DNA of 64,000 nt from Octopus sinensis (taxonomy: Eukaryota). The notes below the pieces were generated by a model that was not told the origin of the DNA, searched no databases, and saw only the letters and a program-made list of their open reading frames with translations. Where the stretch lies: NCBI RefSeq assembly GCF_006345805.1, contig NC_042997.1, positions 197,594,001 through 197,658,000 of the forward strand. The letters run 5' to 3'. This document shows positions 35,852 to 48,838 of the stretch, piece after piece (the first letter of the stretch is position 1; every line of letters begins with the position of its first letter). The translations under genes and the position numbers were made by a program.

Positions 35852-37248
35852 TGTGTGTGTGTTTGTATATATACATATACAGATATATACACGGCGTACT
35901 GCATCGTACATTTTTGAACAAGGAGAGGAAAAAAAATGTATAATTATTCCTTGGAAATAAACGTCTTGTCAATCAATCACAGAATAAGATCACTTGAGAT
36001 GTGAAAAGAATCTCAGGTTCCATACAAGCCGTGTGTAGTAAGAAGAATATGGATTCTGTTGGCGTCGAAAGATGCTGTGATTATTTGATAATAATCAACA
36101 GTTGAGTGTCAAATTGTAAACCTTGTCTTAACATTTCCAACATGGCGTATATAGAGTCAGAGTGTCCGTCTCGACGCTCAATGAGATTTTCCCCTCACAT
36201 TTCATTGTGCGACTCTCACGTGTTAATGTTCATATATTTACTTAATGTTCAGACGGTGAATACAATTGTAAAGATTTCTTGGTTGTGTAAACTCAAAACT
36301 GGTCGACAAAGTCGTGTACATTCAACATAATGCTTTCTAGAGAATTGCCTTTGAAAACATGTATGCACATAACGGATACATACATGAATGCATACATACA
36401 TACATACATACATACATACATACATACATACATACATACATACATACATACATACATACATGAGTAGCTGTGTGGTAAGTAGCTTGCTAAACAACCACAT
36501 GGTTCCGGGTTCAGTCCCACTGCGTGGCATCTTGGGCAAGTGTCTTCTGCTATAGCCCCAGACCGACCAATGCCTTGTGAGTGGATTTGGTAGACGGAAA
36601 CTGAAAGAAGCCTGTCGTATATATGTATATATATATATGTATGTATGTGTGTGTGTTTGTGTGTCTGTGTTTGTCCCCCTAGCATTGCTTGACAACCGAT
36701 GCTGGTGTGTTTACGTCCCTGTCACTTAGCGGTTCGGCAAAAGAGACTGATAGAATAAGTACTGGGCTTACAAAGAATAAGTCCCGTGGTCGATTTGCTC
36801 GACTAAAGGCGGTGCTCCAGCATGGCCGCAGTCAAATGACTGAAACAAGTAAAAGAGTAAAAGAGTAAGAGTATACATACATATATATACATAAGGCGGC
36901 GAGCTGGCAGAAACGTTAGCACGCCGGGCGAAATGCTTTGCGGTATTTCGTCTGCCGTTATGTTCTGAGTTCAAATTCCGCCGAGGTCGACTTTGCCTTT
37001 CATCCTTTCGGGGTCGATAAATAAAGTACCAGTTACGCACTGGGGTCGATGTAATCGACTCAATCCGCTTGTCTGTCCTTGTTTGTCCCCTCTATGTTGT
37101 GGGCAGTAAAGAAACATACATACATACATACATACATACATACATACATACATACATACATACATACATACATACATAGATACATACATACATACATACA
37201 TAGATACATACATACATACATGTTTCACATATATATAATATATGTGTA

Positions 37249-38062
37249 CGAGGTCTGATCAATAAGTACCGGACTGTTGCCACCGTAACAAAATTAAAGT
37301 ACGCTGAGTAATGCCGCTTGGTAAAAATTGACCTTGAACTCTTTTATGCATGCGCACTAAGTTTTAACGTCCTAGCTCACTTCCGCTGTTTACAGCAGTG
37401 CTTGGAAGGAAGGTGTGTAGCTGTGATCGTCGCATTGACCATGACAGAGAAAGTTGTTATGGCAATAGCTGCTCAGAAGCCGACGCAAAGTTGTAGAAAG
37501 TGTATGGAGAGAAATGTATGAGCCGCACACAAGTGTATGAGTGGTTCAGACGTTTCCAAGATGGCCGAAAAAATGTGGATATTGACGAACGTTCTGAGAC
37601 ACCCGCAACCAATAGAACTGAGAAAAACAATACCGATTTGCATGCAGCTTGAGAGGAAATCGTCGAATCACCATCCGTAAGTTATCAGGGGATGTACAGA
37701 TTAGTTACAGTTCAGCTCAGTCCATTTGCATTGAAGATTTGGGTATGAGAGGCGTGTCTGGCAAGATTGTACCAAAACTGCTTTCAGCTGACCAAAAAGA
37801 CACTCGAGTTTCAGTTGCACAAGAACTCCTTGATTTGTTGAGAACGATCTAAACGTTTTTGAAAACTTTGCGTAGGCCTCTGAGCAGGTATCGCGAAGCT
37901 TTTGGCAAAATTTGATCTAGATTCTCTGCTCAACTTCCTCTGTCATGGTCAATGCGATGATCACACGCTATACGCGTTCCTTCTAAGTACGGATGTAAAC
38001 AGAGGAAGTAAGCTAGAACATTAAAACTTACTGCGCACGCACAGCAGAATTCAAGGTCTATC
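37249..38062 (+). mobile_element. Mariner 5' fragment followed by an inverted copy of its own 5' region
   Basis: TA-CGAGGTCTG terminus; MSRTQVYEWFRRF and RRITIRKL..LGMR..VPKLL (frameshifted); 37870-38060 is the reverse complement of about 37325-37500. Confidence 0.8.
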
Positions 38063-38142
38063 TGTGCCAAGCGGCTTCACTCTGCATGTTCTGGCTTCGT
38101 TGCTATGGCATCAGGTCGGATACTTATTGATCATGTGCGTGT

Positions 38143-38190
<48 letters not shown>

Positions 38191-38330
38191 ATAAATATAA
38201 TATATGCGTCTATATGTATATATGGATATATGGATATATGTATGTATATATATATATACATATATCCATATATCCATATATACATATAGACGCATATATT
38301 ATATTATATATATACATACACATATATACG

Positions 38331-38402
<72 letters not shown>

Positions 38403-38420
38403 TATACATATATGCCTATG

Positions 38421-38498
<78 letters not shown>

Positions 38499-39439
38499 AT
38501 ATATAATGTATACCAATATGTCAGTATTATAAATACATACATATATACGTATACATGTATGTCAATGTATGTATATATATATATTCATACAAACAAGCGT
38601 ACACAATCATATACAAACACACGCCTACATACTCCCGTTATATGCTACAGAAGTAGTATTAGATTAAAATAACCATTTGTATATCATACTTAATGCAAAT
38701 ACATCGCGTAAACGCAAATTAACCATGAGGTTCGTCCGGGGATAATATCTCTTGTCGACGTACAATGATTTAAAACACAAATATATTCCGGTAGCAGACG
38801 TAAATGATTCACCCGGTTGAATAAAAATTCGTTATATGCAATAGAAGCAGGATTAGATCAAAATAGCCATATTTAGCCCAGCAATAACAACAAGAATAAC
38901 AATAAGCAAGACCAGAAAGAACAATAGTACAGGTGGCTGTGTGGTAAATAGTTCGCTCACCTCTGTCGTGGATAGACGTGTTGTTTTTAGCGGTGAGTCA
39001 AACGTTTTGTTGAACGTTGGAAAAATTTTCTATTGGAATTGTTGTTTATTGTTTAATATTTTCGAACTGTGAACATTGTTGAACTTCGAAAATTTTTGTG
39101 CCTTTTCCCGGTGACGGGAGAAAGTAATTGTTGAAATATTGAAATTATTAATAATATTAATATTGAACTTATTAAAGCCATTGTAGGCTTTATTGTCGTG
39201 CCCCCACCACCCAGCGAGGTGGGATTTGAACTGTTATTCTCATTAAGAGGAAAAAAAAATATTATAGGTTTCCCGTTTTTGGGATAAGCAATTTATTATT
39301 GTGTGAAAAATTAAATTTTAGCCGTTGTAGGCTCTATTGTGGCATCCGCCCCTAGCGTGGGCGAGATTTGAACTCTTGTCCTCGTTGTGAGAAAAAAAAT
39401 ATTATAGGTTTCCCGTTTTGGGGATACTGTATATTTATT

Positions 39440-39590
39440 GTAAAGTATAAAAGCCATCTCAATATGGCTAACCACAAAGTGGGGGTGTTACTGTAGCTTT
39501 TTAGCCCCAGGAGATCATCGTCTCCAGCTGGCTCTAGACACCCTTTCAGTGCCCTTGGTTAGCCATATTGAGATGGCTTTTATACTTTAC
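39440..39590. mobile_element. 151-bp MITE with 35-bp perfect TIRs
   Basis: gtaaagtataaaagccatctcaatatggctaacca at both ends, inverted; ATT on both flanks. Confidence 0.85.
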
Positions 39591-40069
39591 ATTGTCGAGC
39601 GGTTACTGTTTACATCTCGCTCTGAGATTTAATAATGTATATTTATTACTGTGTGAAAAAATTAATTTCGAACGTTGTAGGTTTTGTTGCTAAGTCTCGC
39701 CCCTCAGCGGGGGTGGGATTTGAACTGTTGTCCTCGTTGAGAGGAAAAAAAGTAAAAATTATAGGTTTCCCATTTTCTGGGATTAAATTGTGTATAAATT
39801 TATTTCGAACGAATATGTCTGTTCTTGTTCGTCCCCTCTTTGTAATGCCTTCATGGCAAATATTTATGAAATGAATTAGCTTGCTTACCAACCACAAGGT
39901 CCAGGGTTCTGTTCCACTGCATGGCAAGTGTCTTCTACTATAGCCTTGTGAGTGGATTTGGTAGACGGAAACTGGAAGAAGCCTCTCGTGTATATACATT
40001 TAGCCATTTCTCCGCAGACTGAAAACAATGATGAACAATCGTAATTGGTTTTTGAATCTGATTGGGTTC

Positions 40070-40486
40070 GGATCTTTTCGGTTTGAACGGCAGTTTTTAA
40101 AATAATTTCCACGTAACTAAACACTTTTAAACTTCGTATACTGGTAGAATGTGTTTATAAAACATCTTTTTCTCTTGGCTTTATTGAGAAAATTCTATAG
40201 TCTGTAACATATTTGTTGTTTTTCTTTCTTCAATTTCTGCAATTTCAACCAATCAATTACGTCTATTGAGGTAAAAAAAAAACATTCTGGGCCGTATGAA
40301 TATGTCCCTCGTTTAAGAAACAGATTGGGTTTATTTACATTTCTGAAGAAAAAAAGATACCCTCCCCCACCCACCCTAACCCTAAAACAGATTGAAATGC
40401 AATAGATCGATACTAGAGTCATAATTATGGGTGACAATTTCATATGACACCGCTAGAAAAAACTGCCGTTCAAAGCGAAAAGATCC
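40070..40486. mobile_element. Merlin-like MITE, copy 2 (opposite orientation to 18045-18464)
   Basis: Perfect 8-bp TSD ttgggttc (40062-40069, 40487-40494); GG-initiated TIR. Confidence 0.88.
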
Positions 40487-41290
40487 TTGGGTTCTCATGA
40501 AATCTCAGTTGATCTGATTAACGGAACAGTTTGCTCGTGAAATTGACATGCAAGTGGCTGAGTACTCCACGGGCGCACGTACCTTTAAGGCAGTTACCAA
40601 GGAGATTAACCATGACGCAAAATGTGAAGAAGTTGGCACTTCGATTAACAGGTACAGTTCATTTTTACCAGCTGGAGCAACGTGGAATAAAGTACCTTGT
40701 TCAAGGACATAACACGTCGTCGGGAATCGAACTGACGACCTTACGACCGTGAGCCGAATATCTTAACCACTAAGCCAATGCACCTTCAGTGACAGCAACA
40801 TCAACAACAATAACACGACCAAAAATATCAACGCGAACAACATCGACAACGTCGACGATAATAGCATCAACATCAACATCATCGACAACAAACATCAAAA
40901 ACACCACCACCACTGAAACCACCGCCACTTCCATCTCCACCACCAAGACTACCACCAAAACCACCACCACCATCATTATCACCACTACCAACAACAATAA
41001 GAACATCAACACCATCACTAGCAGCAGCAGCACCACCACCATCACCAAAATCATCACCAGCATCAGCACCACTACCGCCGCCGCCATCACCACTACCGCC
41101 GCCGCCATCACCACAACCACCACCACCACCACCACCACCACCACCACTACCTAACATAACTACCAACATAACATTCATCCTAAACCAGGACTGCCATGTT
41201 ATGTTGGCAAAAATCTTTACTCCAATAATAACATTAGCATAAATAATTCAATATGGAAGACAAGATATTACTGAGATCGCCAAGCTACTC

Positions 41291-41329
41291 CAGACTGAAG
41301 AAGGGCAACTACCTTGAAACTAGTCTCTG
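41291..41329 (+). ncRNA. Minimal type I hammerhead motif of a different family
   Basis: CAGA-CUGAAGA-AGGG(CAACUA)CCUU-GAAA-CUAG-UC/UCUG; palindromic ACUAGU stem III, GUC cleavage triplet. Confidence 0.65.
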
Positions 41330-41713
41330 AATGCTGGCTTTGTTGGGTGAAATGTGCTTATCTCCCCTGTTTGAATCGCTTGTGTCACGTAGCCAACTAA
41401 AAATAGTGTTTCTTGGGGCTAAATAGTAGTAGCATTCTTCCCTTTCTTGGGTCTGCCACATTAAGTTGGCAACAAACCACCACTTGTTCGGTTAGATTAT
41501 GAAGAAAACACTGTAAACATACACGCGTGCACACACACACACGAACACATTTATTTATTTATGCGCCCTTTTCAAGCCTTGCCAGGCTCATGGGCCCGGT
41601 TTCCCGGTTTCTATGGCGTATGTGTTTCCCCCGGCTGGACGGGACGCCAGTCCATCGCAGCGTTATTCAAGAAACAGGAAGAAAGAGTGAGAGAAAGTTG
41701 GGGCGAAAGAGTA

Positions 41714-42086
41714 GTTAGTTAGTTAGTTAGTTAGTTAATTTGGCTCAAAAGCAAATAGCAAGGCCATGTAGGGGGACATGGAGTTAAGTACAGGGTGGTG
41801 TTCATGTAAAGAGTTCAGGCCACTTGAGGTCAAGGGAGGCTTTGAACAAAGCGGTCGTCAGCATCTTCACTATCTCGTCTGGCAGCTTGTTCCATGGATC
41901 CGCAACCCGGACGGAGAAAGCTCCTCTCCTTCGATTGAGATGAAATCGTCGCAGGTAGAGCTTTTCGGAATGACCCCGCAGCCGACGCTCTGGAGCAGGA
42001 GTGAAGAACAGCTCTTTCGAGAGGTTACACTTTCCGCTTATGATGTTGTGGGCGAGAATGAGATCACCACGGCGGCGGCGTTTTTC
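41714..42086 (-). mobile_element. CR1-type LINE 3' end with (TAAC)n tail, nested in a tRNA-SINE
   Basis: RRRRGDLILAH...RVADPWNKLP; host SINE resumes at gggtcgccaccac. Confidence 0.9.
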
Positions 42087-42716
42087 TAGAGGGTCGCCAC
42101 CACCCTCTGCCGGATCATCGTGGAGCTTTAGATGTTTTCGCTCAATAAACACACACAACGCCCGGTCTGTGAATCGAAACCGCGATCCTCCGATCCCGAG
42201 TCCGCTGCCCTAACCACTGGACCATTGCGCCTCCACACACAAACACATACACATACAAATTTCTACAAGACATTGCCATTGAATACAGAAGTGTTGTGGT
42301 GTGGAGCGGGGAAGAAGCAGCGAAGTGGAATGGCGATTGTTTTGTTTGAGATGCTCTGAGGTCGGACAATGACAAAAACAAAAACTGACAATAAAAAAAC
42401 AAAAGAACAAAAACAATTACTCCCCCCTCCCTCCACCAAAACATCTTGTTATGAATGGCTGAAACGATTTAATAAAAATGACAATGGAAGAGTAAGAGGG
42501 AGGGGCATATAGAGAAAAAAAAACAAAACATACATTGAGTGACGTCACATTGTTTTTGGCAGAGCCAAAAAAAAAAAGAAAAAAACACAAACGCACAAAA
42601 TGACAAAGAATAGGAAAAAAAACCCCAAAAACTCCAAAAAACGTATCAACAAATAAACGAAAATAAAAATATAACAAGTGAAAAGCAAAAAGCAAAAGGA
42701 GGATTGTTTAGGAATT

Positions 42717-42764
<48 letters not shown>

Positions 42765-42924
42765 ATAATAATAATAATAGGCACAGGAAGATTGCTTACG
42801 AACCACATGGTTCCGGGTTCAGTCCCACTGCGTGGCACCTTGGGCAAGTGTCTTCTACTATAGCCTCGGGCCGACCAAGCCTTGTGAGTAGATCTGGTAG
42901 ACGGAAACTGAAAGAAGCCCATCG

Positions 42925-42958
<34 letters not shown>

Positions 42959-43000
42959 TGTATGTATGTATGTATGTATGTATGTATGTATGTATGTATG

Positions 43001-43032
<32 letters not shown>

Positions 43033-43268
43033 GTGTGTGTTTGTGTGTGTGTGTGTGTGTGTTTGTGTGTCTGTGTTTGTCCCCCCATCATCGCTTGACA
43101 ACCAATGCTGGTGTGTTTGCGTCCCCGTAACTTATCGGTCCAGCAAAAGAGAATAAGCACTAGGCTTCCAAAGAATAAGTCCTGGGGTCGATTTGCTCGA
43201 CTAAAGGCGGTGCTCCAGCATGGCCGCAGTCAAATGGCTGAAACAAGTAAAAGAGTATAACGAGAGAG

Positions 43269-43321
<53 letters not shown>

Positions 43322-43324
<3 letters not shown>

Positions 43325-44565
43325 CTTACAAACACATATAACATACAGAAAATTGCACTACTAGGCACTGCACACATCCTACGCAGAACACTTTCCATAC
43401 AATAACCATCAGAGCATCACAACAAATCACAGCACATACCCAAGGCACACAGAGCTGCGCTCGGTAGTGAAGTGAAAGCATGCTATAAAAATAAAACTAC
43501 TGAATGATAATAATAATAATAATGATAATAGCAATAACAACACTGAAAAAGGTAACGGACGAAAAGGGGAAGGTAAAAATCCTCTGAGACTTTGACTTCC
43601 ACACAGACAAGGTGTTAGAGCACCGAAGGCCAGACATAGTAACCTTTAGGAGCGACAAACAAGAGTACCTAATATTTGACATGGTAGTGCCAAGAGATAA
43701 ACTTATCATGAAAGAAAGAGAAAAGATTGACAAATATGGAGACCTGAGAATTGATATCGCTAAGCTGTAGCAGCTACGAGAGTCAAGCGTAAAGGTTGTC
43801 CCTATTGTCATCGGATCATTGGGTTCAATACCACCCAATCTGAAAAAAAACCCAGAACATCTGGAAACTTTAGAAATACCCAACAATCTAGGTGTATTGC
43901 AAAAGTCGGCATTACTTAAAATTGTACGCATATTGCGTAAAGTGCTGTCTGTCTGAGGTCCTTGTCGTGAATTGACCAACAGTGCAAACCCACGGTACAC
44001 ACAATATCTTCAATCAACGACCTCACGATATTGTATACTGTGCGACGTTGCAACAAGTATGGACTTGACAGAGCAAAAAAGTGGTACGAACATAAACCCG
44101 AACGAATCATCGAAGATGATAATGCAAAGATCTTATGGGATTTTATGATTCAGTGGGACCATTAGATAGAGAATAGTAAACCAGACATAGTCTTAAAGGA
44201 GAAAGAAAGCAAACGATGCTGGATCATAGATATGGCATGTCCAGCTGACAACAAGGTATACGATAAGGAAGAAAGAAAAGTCGATAGATATAGCAAGTTA
44301 GCTTGGGAGGTTAAGCAATTGTGGTCGCTGAAAATTGTCGGAGTGCTGAGAAAAGTGAATAACATATCTTGAGAAGTACGTGGAACAAATAGGGGCTGCA
44401 TTAAGAGTGGAGCATTTGCATAAAACAGCACTGCTTCGGACTGTTCGAATACTCCGGAAGGTGCTCGAAAAATAAGGGGTGTTACCTTAGTTCACTGGTA
44501 GTGAACAGCTGACACCGTAGTACATCTCCAGCGTTAGAAGCTGTACAAAAACAATGAAATAATAC
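43322..44565 (+). mobile_element. Three stacked R4/Dong-type LINE 3' fragments in a (TAA)n tract (about 43322-43505, 43540-43975, 44000-44565)
   Basis: QKIALLGTAHILRR, KIL.DFDFHTD..HRRPDI, KPDIVLKE..IIDMACPAD motifs; all on the plus strand. Confidence 0.85.
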
Positions 44566-44603
<38 letters not shown>

Positions 44604-44620
44604 TAATAATAATAATAATG

Positions 44621-44673
<53 letters not shown>

Positions 44674-45070
44674 CTTTACTACTTTAGGCACAAGGCCCGA
44701 AATTTTTGAGGAAGGGGGCCAGTCGATTAGATCGACCCCAGTACACAACTGGTACTTAATTTATCGATCCCGAAAGGATGAAAGGTAAAGTCGACCTCCG
44801 CGGAATTTGAACTTAGAACGTAAAGATAGACGAAATACCTATTTCTTTACTACCTACAAAGGGCCAAACACAGAGGGGACAAAAAAGGACAGACAACGGG
44901 GTTAAGTCGATTATATCGACCCCAGTGCGTAACTGGTCCTTAATTTATCGACCCCGAAAGGATGAAAGGCAAAGTCGACCTCGGCGGAATTTGAACTCAG
45001 AACGTAACGCCAGGCGAAATACGGCTACGCATTTCGCCCGGCGTGCTAACGCTTCTGCCAGCTCGCCGCC
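44674..45070 (-). mobile_element. Dimeric SINE whose two bodies carry different tails
   Basis: First body ends ...ggcccttgtaggtagtaaagaaata; second ends ...aaaaatttcgggccttgtgcctaaagtagtaaag. Confidence 0.85.
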
Positions 45071-45399
45071 ATTATTATTATTATGATGATGATGATGATG
45101 ATGATGATTGTATATTTATTATTTGTTTGTTTAATAGAAAGTACAATGGTTTTTGTAGACCAGAATTATGGTGTATGTTTTCTTGAGTTAGAGCCATTAC
45201 TATACGACAATGTCGTTAATTGCTCTGATCATATTTTAGTATTGTGTTCTGTTCTCTCTCTCTCCCTTCCACCACATTCTCTCTTATCACCATACACAAA
45301 CACACACACACACACCACACACACACACACCACACACACACACACGGACACACGTGTCTCTTCCTCCTCCTCCTCTCTCTCTATATATATCTATATATA

Positions 45400-45915
45400 T
45401 CTATATATATAAAACTGTAGTTGTGTGAGTGTCTGTCTCCTACGATTTAGATTCCTAACTCCTCCCACATTTTGCGGTGCAGTTTAACCAAATTCGGGTA
45501 TCTTATAGTCGTGATTAATATCAAACCCATCTGGCTATTAGCGCGCGTCTACGATGAGTCTACGATTTAAAAAATAATTTAACATCATTTTTTATTCCAT
45601 TTTAATGCATAATTTTTCGTGTGTCGATGGCGGCGGAGTTGGCGTCCACGCTCAAACACCTGCACCTGTGTTTGCTTCTCCCTTCTTCCCTCCCTCGTGA
45701 AGCTGTGGGGAAGGGAGTTTAAGGAAATCAACGTCGTAATGCGTTGTCAAGGAGACCAGCGTTCTTTTAGAACAACGACTTAATGGCTTGAAGACACCAA
45801 AACAGAAATGGCTAAGAAAGCCCGAATTGGCATCTATAAAGGAAGTAACTCTCTAAAAATGCTTATATAGTTATTTCCCTTACAAACACCGAGCAACGCC
45901 GGGCGATACTGCTAG
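45400..45915 (+). mobile_element. Non-autonomous Helitron, copy 2
   Basis: A|TC...hairpin...CTAG|T, no TSD, inserted in (TA)n. Confidence 0.85.
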
Positions 45916-46030
45916 TATATATATATATAAAGAGAGAGAGAGAGGGTGAGAGACTAGGAGCTCATTATTAAATATTCTAAGTCTGTGAACAATATTATAT
46001 ATATATATATTATATATATATATATATATA

Positions 46031-46072
<42 letters not shown>

Positions 46073-46532
46073 AGAGTTTACGAAAAAAACACAAGACGAA
46101 GACAGGTGGTGTACAAAACAAACAGATGTATTAGTATAACGCTCAGGAGTAGAAAAAGTCTTTTACGATTCGAGCCTTCGCTCTTCTACAGAAAGGGACA
46201 CAGAAAAAACAAGGAGAGAAAAAAATGTGTGTAGTGGCTAACGATCTATCTATCTATATATGTATAAAGAAAACAAAGATATTTTATTCCACACGAGTTA
46301 GAATAAAGGTAAAATAAAAGTTGAAAATGCACTGAAAATAGTTAAATTATTTTTTATTAATTGTTTGAATATTAACCGGTTTCATAGTTTACACTGATTT
46401 TCAAAAGTTGAAATAGAAAACGTGGCTTATGTCGCAGCTGTCTCGCTTCTGACTAGTGTTTGAAGTTTTGCCCTATTTTTATAGGGAGTTCATGGCTCAA
46501 ATTAGTATGTTTTGAATAGGATTTTATAGGTA

Positions 46533-46901
46533 GAAGATAGTCACATGACTGATCTGAAAAAATTTTATAGGTACCCCCGCTACGTCTGTGTTTTAGTATC
46601 AAGTGACAATGTTTGGCGTCGTAAGTTAAGGCTGACACGGTTGACTGAACAAGTCCAAACAATCAATGCTCTGAATGTTCCCTGTCAAGTGTTTGTAGAG
46701 AATGAACACGTGATCAAGTTTATAACCCTTTGTACGTTTCCTGCTACGTCCATGCGTTAGCGTCACGTGATAATATTTTGATTTGTTCAGTCAACCGCGT
46801 CAGCCTTAACGTACGACACCAAACATTGTCGCTTGATTCTAACACGCAGACGTAGCGGGGAACCTACAAAACTTTCTAAGACCAGTTATGTGGCTATCCT
46901 G
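46533..46901. mobile_element. MITE with about 120-bp imperfect TIRs
   Basis: 46533-46660 is the reverse complement of about 46780-46901; exact ends uncertain. Confidence 0.75.
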
Positions 46902-47062
46902 CATATAATACATACAGGCATACAAAAATTCCCTGTTGTTGATGTTGAAATTCCAATGAAGGAGTCTTGGATCTAGGTTAGAAACCAGTTCTTTCTCTAT
47001 TGGCAAGAAATTTTGAAATAAACTGAATAATGACATACATACATACATACATATATACATAC

Positions 47063-47476
47063 AAAACAGACCTGGTATAATGATTTGGGATAGAGAAGAG
47101 AAACTGTGCACAGTTGTGGGAATTAGCTGCCCATGTTAACATAAAGCTGAAGATCAGTGGAAAAGAACAACTATGCTGAACTATTGAGAAATCTGCAGTT
47201 ACTCTATTCAGATTACAAGTTCATGTTTATACCTGTAATTATTGGGACCCTGAGATATGTAACACACTGCCTAAATACCAACCTTGAGAAATTAGGATTC
47301 TCAAAACCAGAACGGAGAAAGCTAATTTGAAGACTACAGATCCAATCCATCACTGGAACTGTAAAAATCTGTAAAACTTTCCAGGAGTTCAGCATTTAAA
47401 TATATATGAGCGTGTCTAGATATGCAACTATATGCATGAGAATACATGCATAAAGCAAAACATACAAATCTGCACA
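47063..47476 (+). mobile_element. R4/Dong-type LINE 3' fragment flanked by (CATA)n
   Basis: Colinear with 33510-33888, including the 3' UTR. Confidence 0.88.
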
Positions 47477-47515
47477 TATACATACATATATACATACATA
47501 CATAGGCGCAGGAGT

Positions 47516-48114
47516 GATTCGACGGTCATTCGGAATGCTCACAGCAGCCATATTCCTACCACTCTATGTCACGCTGGTGAGACCCATACTGGAGTATGGG
47601 ATTCAAGCCTCTTCTCCTTATCTCCTCAAATACATACAGCATCTCGAAAGAGTCCAGAAGCTGGCTACCCGCATGGTTCATGGTCTCAAAAATTTGTCCT
47701 ACGAAGAAAGGCTGAAGACGCTCGACCTTTATTCTCTTGAAAAACGCCGCCGCCGTGGTGATCTCATTCTCGCCCACAACATCATAAGCGGAAAGTGTAA
47801 CCTCTCGAAAGAGCTGTTCTTCACTCCTGCTCCAGAGCGTCGGCTGCAGGGTCATTCCGAAAAGCTCTACCTGCGACGATTTCATCTCAATCGAAGGAGA
47901 GGAGCTTTCTCCGTCCGGGTTGCGGATCCGTGGAACAAGCTGCCAGACGAGATGGTGAAGATACCGACGATCGCTTTGTTCAAAGCCTCCCTGGACCTCA
48001 AGTGGCCTGAACTCTTTACATGAACACCACCCTGTACTTAACTCCATGTCCCCCTACATGGCCTTGCTATTTGCTTTTGAGCCAAATTAACTAACTAACT
48101 AACTAACTAACTAA
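47516..48114 (+). mobile_element. CR1-type LINE 3' fragment (left arm of the inverted duplication)
   Basis: LYVTLVRPILEY...LERVQKLATR...SYEERL; (TAAC)n tail. Confidence 0.92.
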
Positions 48115-48252
48115 GTACCTGCCAATATATACAAACGGTACAATTACAAAAACTGTAAACCACAGTAAAACTTATAAAAAGAAGGGAAGGAAAAAATTCA
48201 GAAATTAACAAATTCAACGATGTGAATATTAGTATAATATATATAATATAGA

Positions 48253-48335
<83 letters not shown>

Positions 48336-48557
48336 GTGTGTGTGTGTGTGTGTGTGTGTCTGTGTTTGTTCCCCTAGCATTGCTTGACAACCGATGCTGG
48401 TATGTTTACTTAGCGGTTCGGCAAAAAGAGACCGATAGAATAAGTACTGGGCTTACAAAAAGAATAAGTCCCGGGGTGGAGTTGCTCGACTAAAGGCGGT
48501 GCTCCAGCATGGCCGCAGTCAAATGACTGAAACAATTAAATGAGTAAAAGAGTAAAG

Positions 48558-48595
<38 letters not shown>

Positions 48596-48791
48596 GGGGA
48601 GAGAGAGAGAGAGATAAATAGATAGATATAGATAGATAAATAGATAGAGAGAGAGAACAAAGTGTTCTCACTGATCGCACGGAGTAGTAAACACATTTGA
48701 CCTTCGCTGATCCAAAGGGTGTGAGGCCTCATATGTCTCCTCTTGCACAGTAACGTCTATTGCTGACCTCCTCACCATGGTGGTGATGGTG

Positions 48792-48838
<47 letters not shown>

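Noticed and set aside
40789-41154. 121-aa Thr-rich mucin-like ORF
   Set aside because: Degenerate (ACC/ACA/AAC)n trinucleotide tract open in several frames, with no splice signals or flanking exons.
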